Assembly: GCF_006345805.1 (NCBI RefSeq)
Contig: NC_043009.1
Span: forward strand, 9,238,001 to 9,302,000
DNA from: Octopus sinensis
Taxonomy: Eukaryota
DNA: 64,000 bases
Direction: 5' to 3'
This document shows, piece by piece, positions 1-12,890 of this stretch (positions are counted from its first letter, which is position 1; every line of letters begins with the position of its first letter). The position numbers and the translations under genes were made by a program. The notes beneath the pieces were generated by a model. That model did not search any database. It worked only from the letters and a program-made list of their open reading frames with translations, and was not told the DNA's origin.

Positions 1-99
1 AACAGGTGTCTTGCTATAGAGGAGGTACATAGTTACCCAGAGAGAGGAGGAGAGGAAGAGAGAGAGGGAGAGAGAAAGAGGACAGAAAGAGGAGTGCTG

Positions 100-225
100 A
101 TGTGATTGTTTATTTTTAGAGTGTCATTGTAGGGTAGGAGTAAGAGGTCAGATCTGGCCAGTTAGAACATAAAACAGACAAGATATTTTGGCTGGATATG
201 ACCAGTTTAAATGCTGAAGGGTTAA
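100..225 (-). mobile_element. piggyBac-like MITE fragment (one end)
   Basis: Ends in ...atgctgaaggg|ttaa (TTAA target plus CCCTT terminus on the minus strand). Homologous to the element at 10744-11277. Confidence 0.55.
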
Positions 226-2826
226 AGAATGCTGTTTATTTGAAGATGTAAAGGTGGAGGAATGGCAAAAATGATGGATCACCTGGCAAAATAGAACTGA
301 ACTACACTGCTTCTTTTATTATTATTATTATTATTTTGTTATTTATTCTGAGCTCAAATCTGGGACGTATTTTGTCAAACATTTTTCTGGGTTTAATAAA
401 ACAAATCCCTGACATATATTAGAGTCAATTCAATTATCTATACAAACTATGCCCTTCCCCTACAATGTGTGATCTTGTATTGATGTGAAAAATCAATATT
501 TTCGGAAGATCAATGATAAATGTTGGGTAAGCTGAAACAAACACAGAGTGAGCCTAGTTCATGACCCAGTTTCAGTTTCCAGTTGTAGCGACTTCCACCC
601 ACTTTATATTACGTACACCTCTTAGAAAGGCAGGGATATCATGTCACATGATCACTTTCCTACCCCAATATAACTAGAATGCATCATGCTTATATAAGAA
701 ATCAATGTTAATGTATATTATTATTAAAAGGTGTGAGATGAGTGGTGTGGAGCACAAATAAGCTAATTGCTGGACTAGTTTGCAATTCATTTTCAATTCC
801 TGATTGTAGTTATTTCATTGTAATTAATGTCATTACGAAAGGCATGAATGTCACAGAATCTTATTTCTGTTTTTCAATAATAATATAATTAAAAAAAAAA
901 CAAAAACTGAAGGTATTCTGTTCATGCAAAAAGTGTTTATTGAAAGAGCTAATTAACGTTTTTCTATTTTTTATGTGATTGAAAAAACATACCAGAAGTG
1001 ATTTAATTGGGCTTTGATTGAAGTGTAGTTGAAATGGCTGAGTGACTGGCTTAGTGTCAGTTCATGGGTTGTGAGTTCAAATCTATTGCAGGTGTTTCAT
1101 GATCCTTTTTTGTCTTTTTTTGAGTATGATAATTCGTTATATATTATTTATCTGTCAAGAAATGATTATCCTGCTATTCCAGGAAAGTTATCTGCTATAA
1201 ACTTGTGTACTGGCCAGGGGAAGATTAATCTCTCATTTCTTTAGTGCTACAAAGAAAATTAAAAAAAAAACAGATTTAAGCTTTGGTGCTGCCAAGAATT
1301 CCTGTAATTTGCTAAAGGATTAGTATGTTTTACTTTATTTGACTAGTGTACTGAAATCAGATTGTTAAATTAAAAAACAAATTTTTTTTTCATTTTGTCG
1401 TTTAAATGTTACTTCCGTCCATATCAGTTATAAATTAGATTGGAATTATTAATTTTCTTTAAGATTGTTTCTATAATTATTTTATTCATTCAGTCGTTTA
1501 TTTATTTATTTTAATTGTTGAAAGTTTTCCACATTAATTGAAGATATTTTAATTTCTAATTTATTCATTTTATCAACAACAAAAAACAGAAAATATCAAA
1601 ATAAAGAAATAAATAATGGAAAAATGTATAACTAATATTTAATGCTTGGTTTTATATTTATGCCACAATGTAATATCATAAGTGTTTGTATAATAAACTA
1701 ATGAAGTTTAATTAATTGAAGTAAATGAGAAGTAGAATTGGTGCATTGCTTTCTAGGTAGTTATTAGGATGTAAAAAAAAAAAAACTAGCAATGGTACAT
1801 ACGACCTTTCTTGATACACAGCTCTTCAATTCCAGTTGATTTCTGATTATCAGCAGAATAATAATAATAATAATAATAATAATGATAATAATAATATCTT
1901 GTCTTTAGGTTTTGTTGTGTGTGTTCTTTTAGTACTCCACATCAAATTGTAGTAGTTAATCTTGAGATTTGACTATGATTACACAGCATATGACTATGTA
2001 ATTACATGTGCTGCGTATTTGTGTGTGTGCGTGCATGTGTGCATGCGTGAAGGATCATGTGTATGTGTGCATGTTGTGCACTGCTTGTATATGATATTTA
2101 AGTAAAGCCTTTTTTCCCTGTATTTTATTATATTTGTCATCTATTTATTATCTTTTTGTCTTACAGTCAGAAATTTTCCATTAATATGACTATTTCCTAT
2201 AACAAAACTAATTTATACATTTCTTGGAATGATGAGTGCCCTGGCCAAATGCTTAGTTTGTTATGTTTATCTTTTTCCATTCTTATCACTAACAGAGCTC
2301 CTATCATAGCAGATATCAACCAGTTTTGTATTCATGCCTCACAATATCCAGAAACATACTTTTAATCACCATTGCGAGAGAAGATCAAAAGTCCAAAATA
2401 TCATTTATATAATACTTGTATACTTACCAACTATTCCATACTCAGTAGTGCTTTCGACAACAATCATTGTTCACCACTTTTTAATGTCCACATTTCCATG
2501 TTTGCATGGTTCAGATGGAGTTTATTGAGATAGGGTTTCCATGACTGGATGCCCTTCCTGTTGCCAACCCTTACCTGTTTCCAAGCAAAGATATATTTCC
2601 CCGTAGTGAAACATGTTTTTGTAGAATATTAGAAATGAATCATATTCATTTGCAACAGTCATGCAATGTCAAGACATGTAGATACAAACACTCACTCGCA
2701 CTTACATGCATGCACATACATGTGTACACATATAGTTGGTATTAGGAAGGGTATACAGCTGTAGAAACCATATCAAGGCAGATATTGGACCTTGGTACAA
2801 TCCTTTGGCTCACCATCCTCTGTTGA

Positions 2827-2886
<60 letters not shown>

Positions 2887-2898
2887 TATATATATATA

Positions 2899-3172
2899 TC
2901 ATCATCATCATCATCATCATCGTTTAACGTCCGCTTTCCATGCTGGCATGGGTTGGACGATTTGACTGGGGACTGGCAAACCAGATGGCTGCACCAGGCT
3001 CTAATCTGATCTGGCAGAGTTTCTACAGCTGGATGCCCTTCCTAATGCCAACCATTTCGAGAGTGTTGCAGGTGCTTTTACGTGCCACCGGCATGGAAGT
3101 CAGTTAATTGCTCTGGCAATGATCATGCTCGGATGGTGCTTTTAGTGCTGCTCCACTTGCACGGATGTCAGT
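2899..3172 (-). mobile_element. RTE-LINE 3'-tail derived repeat (family C)
   Basis: Reverse complement of the 3' UTR and (GAT)n tail of the RTE at 33810-37508 (catcatcatcgtttaacgtccgctttccatgc...ctggatgcccttcctaatgccaacc). Confidence 0.85.
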
Positions 3173-3576
3173 CATATATAAATATATATTTATTTATTTA
3201 TAAATTACTCACCTATCTTAGAACATGTCCTATGCATATTCTGAAATTTATTACAGACTATACATGTAATTAAGTATATGTGTCTAAATAGCTCAAGAGT
3301 GGATTGTGTACTCAGCTGAATTCAATTTTCTGCAAGCACAACAAGAATTTTATTCTGCCAGTACTTATATACCAAGGTTGATATTTGCAAATTATTATTG
3401 TATGGGTATATTATTCTGACTTAAATAGGTACACCAACTTAACCTTATTCAACTGAATCTTACATATGTTTTATGTATATTTATATATACATATTATAAT
3501 AAAAACCACATTATCTTTACTCTCTTAGCTTGATCAAGTGCTGTTCTGCCTGTTGAAGTCTTACCTCCACCCATAT

Positions 3577-3736
3577 GAGTGGCTGTGTGGTAAGTAGCTT
3601 GCTTTCCAACCACATGGCTCTGGGTTCAGTCCCACTGTGTGGCACTTTGGGCAAGTGTCTTCTACTATAGCCTTGGGCCGACCAAAGCCTCGTGAGTGGA
3701 TTTGGTTGACGAAAACTGAAAGAAGCTCATCATATA

Positions 3737-3811
<75 letters not shown>

Positions 3812-4024
3812 GTGTATGTATATGTCTGTGTTTCTGTGTCTGTCCCCCTAACATCGCTTGACAACCGATGCTGGTGTGTTTACATCCCTGTAACTTAGCG
3901 GTTCAGCAAAAGAGACCGATAGAATAAGTACTAGGCTTACAAAGAATAAGTCCTGGCGTTGGTTTGCTTGACTAAAGGCAGTGCTCCAGGATGGCCACAG
4001 TCAAATGACTGAAACATGTAAAAG
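3577..4024 (+). mobile_element. tRNA-derived SINE, family A (internal TA/TG microsatellite)
   Basis: Head gagtggctgtgtggtaagtagc...gggttcagtcccactg with A/B-box-like motifs, central microsatellite, tail ...cagtcaaatgactgaaaca. About ten other copies in the window. Confidence 0.85.
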
Positions 4025-4290
4025 TGTATATATATATGTTTCAGTTTCCATCTACTAAGTCCACTTACAAGACTTCAGTCAGCTGAGGCTATAGTAGAAC
4101 AGTGCTCAACGACCTTTTTTTTTTATTTGTGGTACACTTATATTCTTTTCAAAATTCGGCGGCATACCTGAAGCGAAAAAAATTGTATTCAAATTACACT
4201 GTGGCCCACCTAGCGTCATCTTGTGGCACACCAGCTGCAGAGCACTGTAGTGGAAGACACTTGTCCCATAGTGAGACTGAACTCAAGACC

Positions 4291-4525
4291 TTAGGCGGTG
4301 AGCTAGCAGAAACGTTAGCACGCCGGGCGAAATGCGTAGACGTATTTCGTCCGCCGCTATGTTCTGAGTTCAAATTCCGCCGAGGTCGACTTTACCTTTC
4401 ATCCTTTCGGGGTCGATTAAATAAGTACCAGTTACGCACTGGGGTCGATATAATCGACTTAATCCGTTTGTCTGTCCTTGTTTGTCCTCTCCGTCTTTAG
4501 CCCCTTGTGGGTAGTAAAGAAATAC
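4291..4525 (+). mobile_element. tRNA-derived SINE, family B
   Basis: aggcggtgagctagcagaaacgttagc...gagttcaaattccgccgagg...cctttcatcctttcggggtcgat; many copies elsewhere in the window. Confidence 0.85.
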
Positions 4526-4828
4526 AAGACCTTATGGTTGGAAATCAAACTTCTTTACCACACATCCACGCCTGCATCTACCATGCACCATACGTATTCA
4601 TTATTGATAGAATTGTTAGAACATACAAAGAGAAAAAAAAGGATGCTGAATGATATTTGATTATATCTTTCATATTGTAAATGCTAATCCTGCTGAGGTT
4701 TAACTTTTTCACCCTTCTTTGGTTGATAACATTAAGTATTCATCATGTGCCCTTGATCAGTATAACCAACTGTTCCCCTCCAACCTACAAGGATTTTATA
4801 AATTTATTTAAAGGAAATACAAAAAAAT

Positions 4829-4989
4829 ATATTCTGTTGTGTCTGGGGAGAGTCATTTTCTTTTTGTGCTTTATAATGTAACACAGTCACCGTTAAAATT
4901 TCCACTATTCCTTATTTTTATTTTCCCATAAGTGTGTTACATTATAAGGCACAAAAAGAAAATGACTCTCCCCAGACACAACAGAATAT
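4829..4989. repeat. Fold-back inverted repeat (56-bp arms, 49-bp spacer)
   Basis: 4829-4884 is the reverse complement of 4934-4989 with one mismatch. Confidence 0.9.
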
Positions 4990-5169
4990 GCTTCAACACA
5001 CAAACTCATATAAAGAATCTTACAAACCAAATCCAAAAACAAAAAAAAAAAGAATATATATTTTCTTAAAATTCTAACAATAGAAAATACGTATTAGTTT
5101 ATCATTAATAGTTAAGACCAAAGCCTTGTGAGCGGATTTGGCAGACAGAAACTGAATGAAGCCCATCAC

Positions 5170-5204
<35 letters not shown>

Positions 5205-5242
5205 CACACACACAACTACAACCACCTCTACCACCACCATCA

Positions 5243-5465
5243 TCATTATCAGGTGAACTGGCAGGATTGTTACTATGCCGGGCAAAATGTTTAGTGGAAT
5301 TTTGTCCATCTTTACATTCTGAGTTCAAATTCCACCGAGGCCAACTTCACCTTTCATCCTTTTGAGGGTCAATAAAATAAGTACCATTTGAGTACCAGGG
5401 TCAATGTAATTGACTTACTCCCTCCCATAAACTAGCTGGCCTTGTGCTAAAATTTGAAATCAACT
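5243..5465 (+). mobile_element. SINE family B (diverged)
   Basis: ggtgaactggcagg...ctgagttcaaattccaccgagg...ctttcatccttttgagggtcaataaaataagtacc. Confidence 0.75.
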
Positions 5466-5915
5466 ATTATGTCACCAACAACTGGGACTTTTGGTTCCCT
5501 TCTGTCACATTCCTGGCAATAACATCTATTTATTCCTCCCCAAGGCTTCATTGCATTGAAGTTACAGCCATGTTCATGAGGTAAAAACTGGGTTTTTTTT
5601 CTTCTTTGATATCAGTACACCATTCATCATATAATTGGTGTTTGGAAGGGCTTCCCTCTGTAGAAACCGAAATTGGGATGTACGGAAAAGATATAATCCT
5701 CTGAACCACCTTGGAAACCAGTAATTCTGAATAAGAACTATCTTGGACAGTGACAACCCTCCTAACTGATACCAACATGGAAAGCAGATGTAAAATGGTG
5801 ATGATAATTATAAAGAAAAACATTTTTTATATCAGAATATAAAACGATAAGTGAGAGGTATAAAAAAAAAAAATAGTGTCTTAAAAAACACCTTTCTTAA
5901 TTTCTGTCTTTTCAG

Positions 5916-6023
5916 CTCTATCCAACTGGCTTAATGTCACAACATATAAAAGAATGGCAACTTGGAACTGTAGCTGAATTCAAAGGACCATTTGGAAGTT
6001 TCTCAGAAAATCTCTTAAAAAAG
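5916..6023 (+). CDS. CYB5RL: NADH-cytochrome b5 reductase-like, internal exon (FAD-binding domain end)
   Basis: tttctgtcttttcAG acceptor, 36 codons LYPTGLMSQHIKEWQLGTVAEFKGPFGSFSENLLKK, GT donor at 6024. GxMS and GPFG motifs of the ferredoxin-reductase family; phase 0/0 joins the next exon in frame. Not in the ORF track. Confidence 0.88.
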
Positions 6024-6149
6024 GTTTGCTATATTTCAATGTACAATAATTAAGCTAAGTAGGCATGTCAAAATAAGTTAAAATTGTTGTTATCCTTGCA
6101 TACAAACATCTCCCCTGCATCCATTTCCTGTTGAGCGTTCCTAATCTTG

Positions 6150-6410
6150 TGGGTTTGTGGGAATTTGTGCCACATAAAAAGCACCTGTATTAGTGTCATG
6201 TAAAAGCACCCATAACAGTGCTGCATAAAAGCACCCAGTACACTCTGTAAAGTGGTTGGCATTAGAAAGGACATCCAGCTATAGAAACCATACCAAAACA
6301 GACATGGAACCCAAGCAGCTTTTTGGCTGGCCAGCTCCAGCCAAACCACCCAACTCATGCCAGCATAGAAAATGAACGTTAAATGATGATAATGATGATG
6401 ATAATTCTTA
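6150..6410 (+). mobile_element. RTE 3'-tail repeat (family C)
   Basis: aagcacccagtacactctgtaaagtggttggcattagaaaggacatccagctatag...gaacgttaaatgatgat. Confidence 0.75.
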
Positions 6411-7044
6411 GGTAACATAATCCCCCAAGAGATGCTTTTTTTCCTGCCACCATGGAAAATAGACAAAACACACTAATGATGATGTGTGTGAGTGTATACA
6501 TCTATACAAACCTTCACACAGTCTTCATCTGCTAAATTTCACTCACAAGGCATTGATCAACCCAAGACACTTACCAATGATACCACAAAGTGTGATTGAA
6601 CCTGCAATCAATGTATTGACTTCACTGCCTTACCTCTTCCTAAAGATACCAATAAAATAAGTGTCAGGATCAATGTGAACAAATAGAACCCTTGAATATG
6701 TTGTCACAACTTGGCTGCCATCCAATGAATGAAACCAGTTAAAAAACTTCAAAGGTTTTAGAAATTTCTAGAAACTATTTGTTAATCTAGATTATAAGAG
6801 TTTGGGGGAAGATTACAGAGACCTTTGAAATTGGCAGCTGGGTGATGAATATATTATGAAAAACCTGTATGAAAAGAGAAAATATTGTGTGAGATAGTAA
6901 TCTAAAAGGATATCAAATATGTTCCCAAGCAAAACAGATGTTAAACAGCAATGCTCGTTATCTCTCTTACTACAATCTCCCATATGATTACTTAACCTGA
7001 TAGAAATAGCAACCAAATTCACTCAAATCATGTGATACATCCTT

Positions 7045-7230
7045 TTAAGATAGTATGTGTATACATGTGGTTGTGTGGTTAAGAAGCTTGCCTCCCAACA
7101 ATGTGGGCTTGGGTTCGGTCCAACTGCATGGCACCTTGGACAAGTGTCTTTTATTATAGCCCCAGGTTGACTAAAGACTTGTGAGTGGATTTTGTAGACA
7201 GAAACTGAATGAAATGAAGCCCATTGTACA
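7045..7230 (+). mobile_element. SINE family A, 5' part
   Basis: gtggttgtgtggttaagaagcttgc...caagtgtcttttattatagccccagg...gtgagtggattttgtagacagaaactgaa. Confidence 0.75.
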
Positions 7231-7374
7231 AGCTCACACAAACCATCATCATCATTTAATATCTGTCTTCACTGCTGGCATGGGTTTGACATATATATAT
7301 ATATTCTTTTATTCTTTTACCTATTTCAGTCATATGACTACAGCCATGCTGGAGCACTGCTTTGAACACCACAT

Positions 7375-8295
7375 TTGATGTTTCTTATGTCCAATTTTTC
7401 TCTGTCACGTATGCACACTGACATTACACATCTAGCAAAGCATACTGGCTTCATTTCTTTCAAGCCTATGCATGTCCTCAGCAGTCACAGCTTATGTTTC
7501 ACTACAGTGTAGCATGTCTGTTCGCACACATGCATCATACAGTCTACCTTTCATTCTGAGGGAGAGGCCCTTTGTTACCAGAGGAGGTAGGAGCTCTCTG
7601 AATTTTGCTCAGGCTATTCTTATTCTAGCAGTTATGTTCTCAGAGCATCCATGCCCGCTACTGACTTGGTCACCTAGGTAATGGAAGCTATCAACTACTT
7701 CTAGTTTTCCCCCCTGGCATGTGACAGATGTTTTCTGTACATCGTTGGTGTTTATTGTCCCTGTGTATCTTCCACACACAAGAACTATCTTCCCAGTTAA
7801 CCTTGCTCTGATATTGCTGCACCTCTTATGTGTCTATAGCTTACACAGGGTACATCTTATGGAGTTTATGCCTTTGCCTTTTCTGCATATCAAGCAGGAC
7901 CACCTACCTGAAGGGATTTGTGATTTGTCTGCCTTCCTACTTATTAAGACTTTGGTTTTTACTAGATTGACTCTAAGGCCCTTCGATTCTTGACCTTGCT
8001 CCCACACCTGACACTTCTTTTCTAGTTCTGGTAGTGACTCAGCTATTAGACCAAGGTCATCAGCATAGAGAAGCTCCCAGGGGCAGCCTGTATTGAATTA
8101 CTCTGTTATTACCTGGAGGGCTATGATGAATAAGAGGGGGCTGAGGTCTGTTCCTTGGTGAACCCCTACTTCTACTTGGAATTCTTCACTATACTCAATT
8201 CCAACCCTCACCTTACTGATAGCATCCCTGTACATGGCTTGTACAACTCTCACCAACCACTCATCTATCCCTAGTTTCAGCATTGACCACCAGAT
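7375..8295 (-). pseudogene. Degenerate RTE reverse-transcriptase fragment (same family as 33909-36881)
   Basis: Minus-strand frames give [33 protein letters not shown]...GVHQG..LSPLLF, ELLYADDL and GDQVSSGHGC; stops and frameshifts present. Confidence 0.9.
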
Positions 8296-8298
8296 AAG

Positions 8299-8351
8299 GG
8301 ATATATATATATATATATATATATGTGTATATGAATATATATAAGTAGATA

Positions 8352-8384
<33 letters not shown>

Positions 8385-8421
8385 GTGTGTGTGTGTGTGT
8401 ATGTATATATATATACGTATG

Positions 8422-8465
<44 letters not shown>

Positions 8466-8640
8466 TATACATATGTATATATATATATGAATATACATAT
8501 GTATATATATATATATGAATATACATATGTATATATATATATGAATATACATATGTATATATATATATATATATATGAATATACATACATATATATGTGT
8601 GTATGTATACATATACATATGTAGGTGTGCATGTATACGT
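8299..8640. repeat. Compound (TA)n/(TG)n microsatellite with a repeated atgaatatacatatgt unit
   Basis: Seen directly; source of several spurious YI-rich ORFs. Confidence 0.95.
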
Positions 8641-9182
8641 ATGTATATCTTTGTGTGCACCGTTGCCTAGTCATTATGTGATAGTTGTAAATGAGCATCA
8701 TCAACATACAGGCAAACTTATCATTTCCAGTCTTCCATGGAAAAGATGTCTTGCTATGGAGAGCCATGCAGTTGGGAAGCGAACCTTTTGCCATGCAGCC
8801 ATGCCTGGCAAAAGTTACAGAGGGAAGTTAGTAAGTTTAAGTTCCTATATTTGTAGAGAGAAGTGTTTTCTCCTGTGGCACATAAACCCATCCAAACTTA
8901 GTAACTTTAGTATACATGCAGTAGGTGTGTAGGTATCTCTTTAGTAGAATCATATAAAGCGTCTTTGAAATGTCTTATATAATTTATCTGAAAAACTGTT
9001 TTATTGAACCTAGAGCATGTGATGCAATCTTCACTGTTCTTTATGGGAGAAACTCAGGCTTCTCCAGGTTTATGTATAAGAATCTTGTTACATACATAGG
9101 AGAGAATACCAATGATGATGGTATGTGCACTTCTGTGTGTGTATGCATGTGTATACCCATATGTATGTATGTATGTATGTGC

Positions 9183-9301
<119 letters not shown>

Positions 9302-9460
9302 GGTGTTGTGTCTGGGGAGAGCCATTCTCTTTTGGTGCCTTATAATTTAACACACTCACTGGTAAAATTTTCACTCATTTACTTATCTATTTTTCTAAAA
9401 ATAAATATGCTTCAACACACGAACTCACACAAAGAATCTTGCAAACCAAATCCCAAAATG
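9302..9460 (+). repeat. Second copy of the 4829-5040 repeat, without the inverted arm
   Basis: gttgtgtctggggagagccatt...ttataatttaacac, the spacer, then atatgcttcaacacac...gaatcttgcaaaccaaatcc align with 4835-4930 and 4986-5040. Confidence 0.8.
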
Positions 9461-10743
9461 AAATATATATATGTGTGTGTGTGTGTGTGTGAGTGTGTGT
9501 GTGCATGCAAAAATATATATTTTTGCCTGTATAGACATATGTACAACAATACATATATATATATATATATATGTGTGTGTTTGTATATATATATATATAT
9601 ATATATAGATATAGATAGATAGATAGATAGATAGATTATACACAAAAATAAATAGAAAAACAAGAAAGAGCTGACCAAGTAATACATATTCACATATGTA
9701 CATGCATACATCCACAACCATACACAGTTTCACATATTCACATGTATGCATGCATACATACATAGATACATACAAAACGCACACATAGATACATTCATGT
9801 ATACATGCACACATACATATACTTACACACACACACACACATGTATATATAAACCCACTTAAATACAAGCAAAGCAAAGCAAACCAGAACAAAAAAGAAA
9901 TGCGATGTAGATTAGCATACTTTTAGTAACCATTAAAGTAATCAAATTTCAAGCTGCTAATGTATTAAATAACAAACCACAACTATTATAATTATTTTAA
10001 TGAAACAAATAACTTTATCAGTACTGAAATAAGTGAAGCAAAGTGACTAATTTTGCTATTTACAACGATTGAATATGAATGGTGGAGGGTGGTGGGCGAT
10101 GGAGGACCCTAAGGGCGTGCAAAGAAAAACAAAAAGGAAAATATGTTTGAAGTAGTTTTGGGATTTCAGAAATCTGTGATAATCTGAAGTACAAGCAAAC
10201 CAAACTTGCACAGGCCTGCAAAAAGGGTCAGGGGTGCTGTTGCCATTTTTTTCATTTTTACTTCTCTTTTCTTCCTTCTCATTCTTCCTCCTTGGCCTCC
10301 TCCTTATCTTATTAATAAATGAAATAAATAAGTAAATAAGTAAACGAATAAGTTAAATTAGATATTGTGTAGGTGTGTAATTTCTCTGGCCTACTTCTAC
10401 TCCAGCGACTAAATTAAAGTCTGTAAATGATTTTACATCTGAGGATTAGAGCGTTTGGAGTGAAACTGTTTTTAGTGTGTGGATGAATGTGTTTGGTGGT
10501 GGTGGTGGTGAGGGGGTGGTGGTGAGTTGTCAAAGCTTCGGGTAGGATATGAGTTTTGGCTCTCTTGCACTTCAAGTTCAAATCTTTCTAAAGTCAACTT
10601 TGCTTTCCATCCCTTTACGGGGGTCAATAAATAAAGTACTTGTCAAGTGCTGGTGCAGCCCTCTCTCTCATTCTCCCTCTCTCCCACTCTACCCTCCTCT
10701 CTCTCTCTTCAGCAGTCACATCCTGAATATTCTGCTAGGTTAA

Positions 10744-11277
10744 CCCTTTAGTGCATTGGTTCTCAGCTGGGGCCTGTGTGATCTTGGGGGTCCCTGTGGC
10801 CATTGGGGGTCCCTGTGGCCATTGGGGGTCCCTGTGGCCATTGGGGGTCCCTATAATATTTTGTTCTTAATATTTATGTGCAATGAATTGGTTCTACTTC
10901 TAAAATATACAAAATATTTTAACAATTTTTTTATGCAGTTCTTAATATTTAATTATAAAAATATAGCATGATTTTTTAAATATTGAACAGCTAGGAGGGT
11001 CCATCCAAATAAAATAGGGATCAAAAGGATCTATAGGTAAAAAATGGTTGAGAAACACTGCTGTAGAATTTAAACTGGACTTATACAGCCCAAATATTTT
11101 ACTTGTTTTGTATTTTAAACAGGCTTTATCTGACTTATCACATTTCGCCTGCAATGTCATTCTAAGAATAAGCACGTCATCAAAATCTCAGAGCTACAAT
11201 AGAATGCATGGTTAATTCAAAGCAATGGGAATAAATATGAACATTACATTTTTAAAAGTTATCTGGATGCTGAAGGG
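10744..11277 (+). mobile_element. piggyBac-like MITE interrupted by a hAT MITE
   Basis: ttaa|ccctttag at 10740-10751 and gctgaaggg|ttaa at 11269-11281. Body after 11060 matches the 100-225 copy. Confidence 0.65.
10754..11060. mobile_element. hAT/Charlie-type MITE containing a 19-bp minisatellite
   Basis: Imperfect TIRs cattggttctcagc / gttgagaaacactg; decayed 8-bp TSD (ctttagtg / ctgtagaa); ttgggggtccctgtggcca x3.5 at about 10783-10851. Confidence 0.65.
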
Positions 11278-11455
11278 TTAAGGATGAGAGTATTGAGAAA
11301 GAATCCTTGTTTGCTTTTTAAAATGTAATGTTCATATTTATTCACATTAAAAATGTGTCAAGGCCGACAGGAAGTGTCGATGTTTCCTAGGGCTAAATAG
11401 TGATGGTGTGATTCCCTTCATGGGACTGTCACATTAAGTTGACAGTATACAACTA

Positions 11456-11509
<54 letters not shown>

Positions 11510-11513
<4 letters not shown>

Positions 11514-11690
11514 GGAGAATTCACAAAAAACAAAAGATGAAGACAGGTGGTGTAGAAAACAAACAGATGTATTAGTATAACATTCAGGAAGGGACAATGT
11601 CTTTAACGTTTCGAGCCTATGCTCTTCCACAGAAAGAAACATAGAAAGAAACAAGGAGAGAAAATAAAGAATGTGTAGTGGCTAGCGATC
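11510..11690 (-). mobile_element. Penelope-like element fragment with a degenerate hammerhead motif
   Basis: Minus strand 11600-11637 reads tcttt-CTGTGGA-A-gagc(atag)gctc-GAAA-cgt-t-aaaga. Resembles the fragment at 39970-40170. Confidence 0.55.
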
Positions 11691-11733
11691 AATCACGGTG
11701 AATATATATATATATATACATACACACACATAC

Positions 11734-11767
<34 letters not shown>

Positions 11768-12054
11768 AACATATAAACGTTATTATTAAAATTAATAATA
11801 TCAATATAATTAATAATGTCAACAGAACATTATCGAGGTAATCCAAATTGGTGAAATTCCAACTGAACATCTCAAAACGCTAACAAAAAGAAATGCCTAA
11901 ATCAAATTCAACTTAACACATTCATTCATTCCTTCAACCAATATCAGCGTCATTGAATAACTAGTTTACTTTATAATAAAAATAGAAATAAAAATGACAA
12001 AACATATTAAAAAAATAAAATTAAAATAAAAGCAGAAATAAAAAATAGACATAT

Positions 12055-12290
12055 GAGTGGGTGTGTGGTAAGTAGCTTGCTTACCAACCACATGGTTCTG
12101 GGTTCAGTCCCACTGCGTGGCACCTTGGGCAATTGTCTTCTACTATAACCTTGGGCCAACCAAAGCCTTGTGAGTGGATTTGGTAAACAGAAACTGAAAG
12201 AATAAGTCTTGGGGTGGATTTGCTCGACTAAAGGCAGTGCTCCAGTATGACCACAGTCAAATGACTGAAACAAGTAAAAGAGAGTAAAAG
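12055..12290 (+). mobile_element. SINE family A, internally deleted
   Basis: Head gagtgggtgtgtggtaagtagc is joined at ctgaaagaataagtc directly to the 3' tail, lacking the central microsatellite. Confidence 0.8.
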
Positions 12291-12384
12291 AGTAATATTT
12301 AAGAAAAAAAAAAATTCAATTATTGGTGACTTCACAGTAACGTTACAAATGATGAAATCCAAATAAAAGATAAGAAATCCTTCC

Positions 12385-12890
12385 AAGAGAATACCCTCCA
12401 TCAGGCATTTGCCATATTCTGAATGCTTTACTTCCCTGGGCATGGATACATTGAAACTCCGACGTCTGGCAGCTGACTTGGCTGACACCCATAAAATTAT
12501 CAACCATCTTACAAACAATAACTCTGAGCACCTTTTCAAACTCCACCCGTCTAACACCTGTGGACATGTTTACAAAGTCAGAAAACAGCACAGCTCCCAT
12601 GACTTTCGGAAACATTTTTTCATACTGAGAGTTGCTGAAGCATGGAACAGACTGCCGGCATCAGTTGTTAGTTGTTGGAGCACTGCATCCTTCAAAACTT
12701 CCATGCTTCCTGAGATTCGCCAACACTACACCTGATTTCCTCCCCTCCATACACACACAAGCATGTATCTGACTCATACACTGTTCACTTCCCAGACATT
12801 TGTACATTACTGCATATACTTTATGCGCACTTTTTGACAAGTTGTGGTGCACCTGAGCACTGTATACAATAATTTCATTATTATTATTAT
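12385..12890 (+). mobile_element. CR1/L2-group LINE 3' end
   Basis: LGMDTLKLRRLAADLADTHKII...GHVYKVRKQ...RKHFFILRVAEAWNRLP is a typical CR1-group ORF2 C-terminus; followed by a 3' UTR and (TTA)n tail. Confidence 0.8.

Noticed and set aside
1-5915. Search for the upstream CYB5RL exon (RAYTP flavin-binding motif)
   Set aside because: No matching segment found by eye; the 5' exons probably lie before the window.
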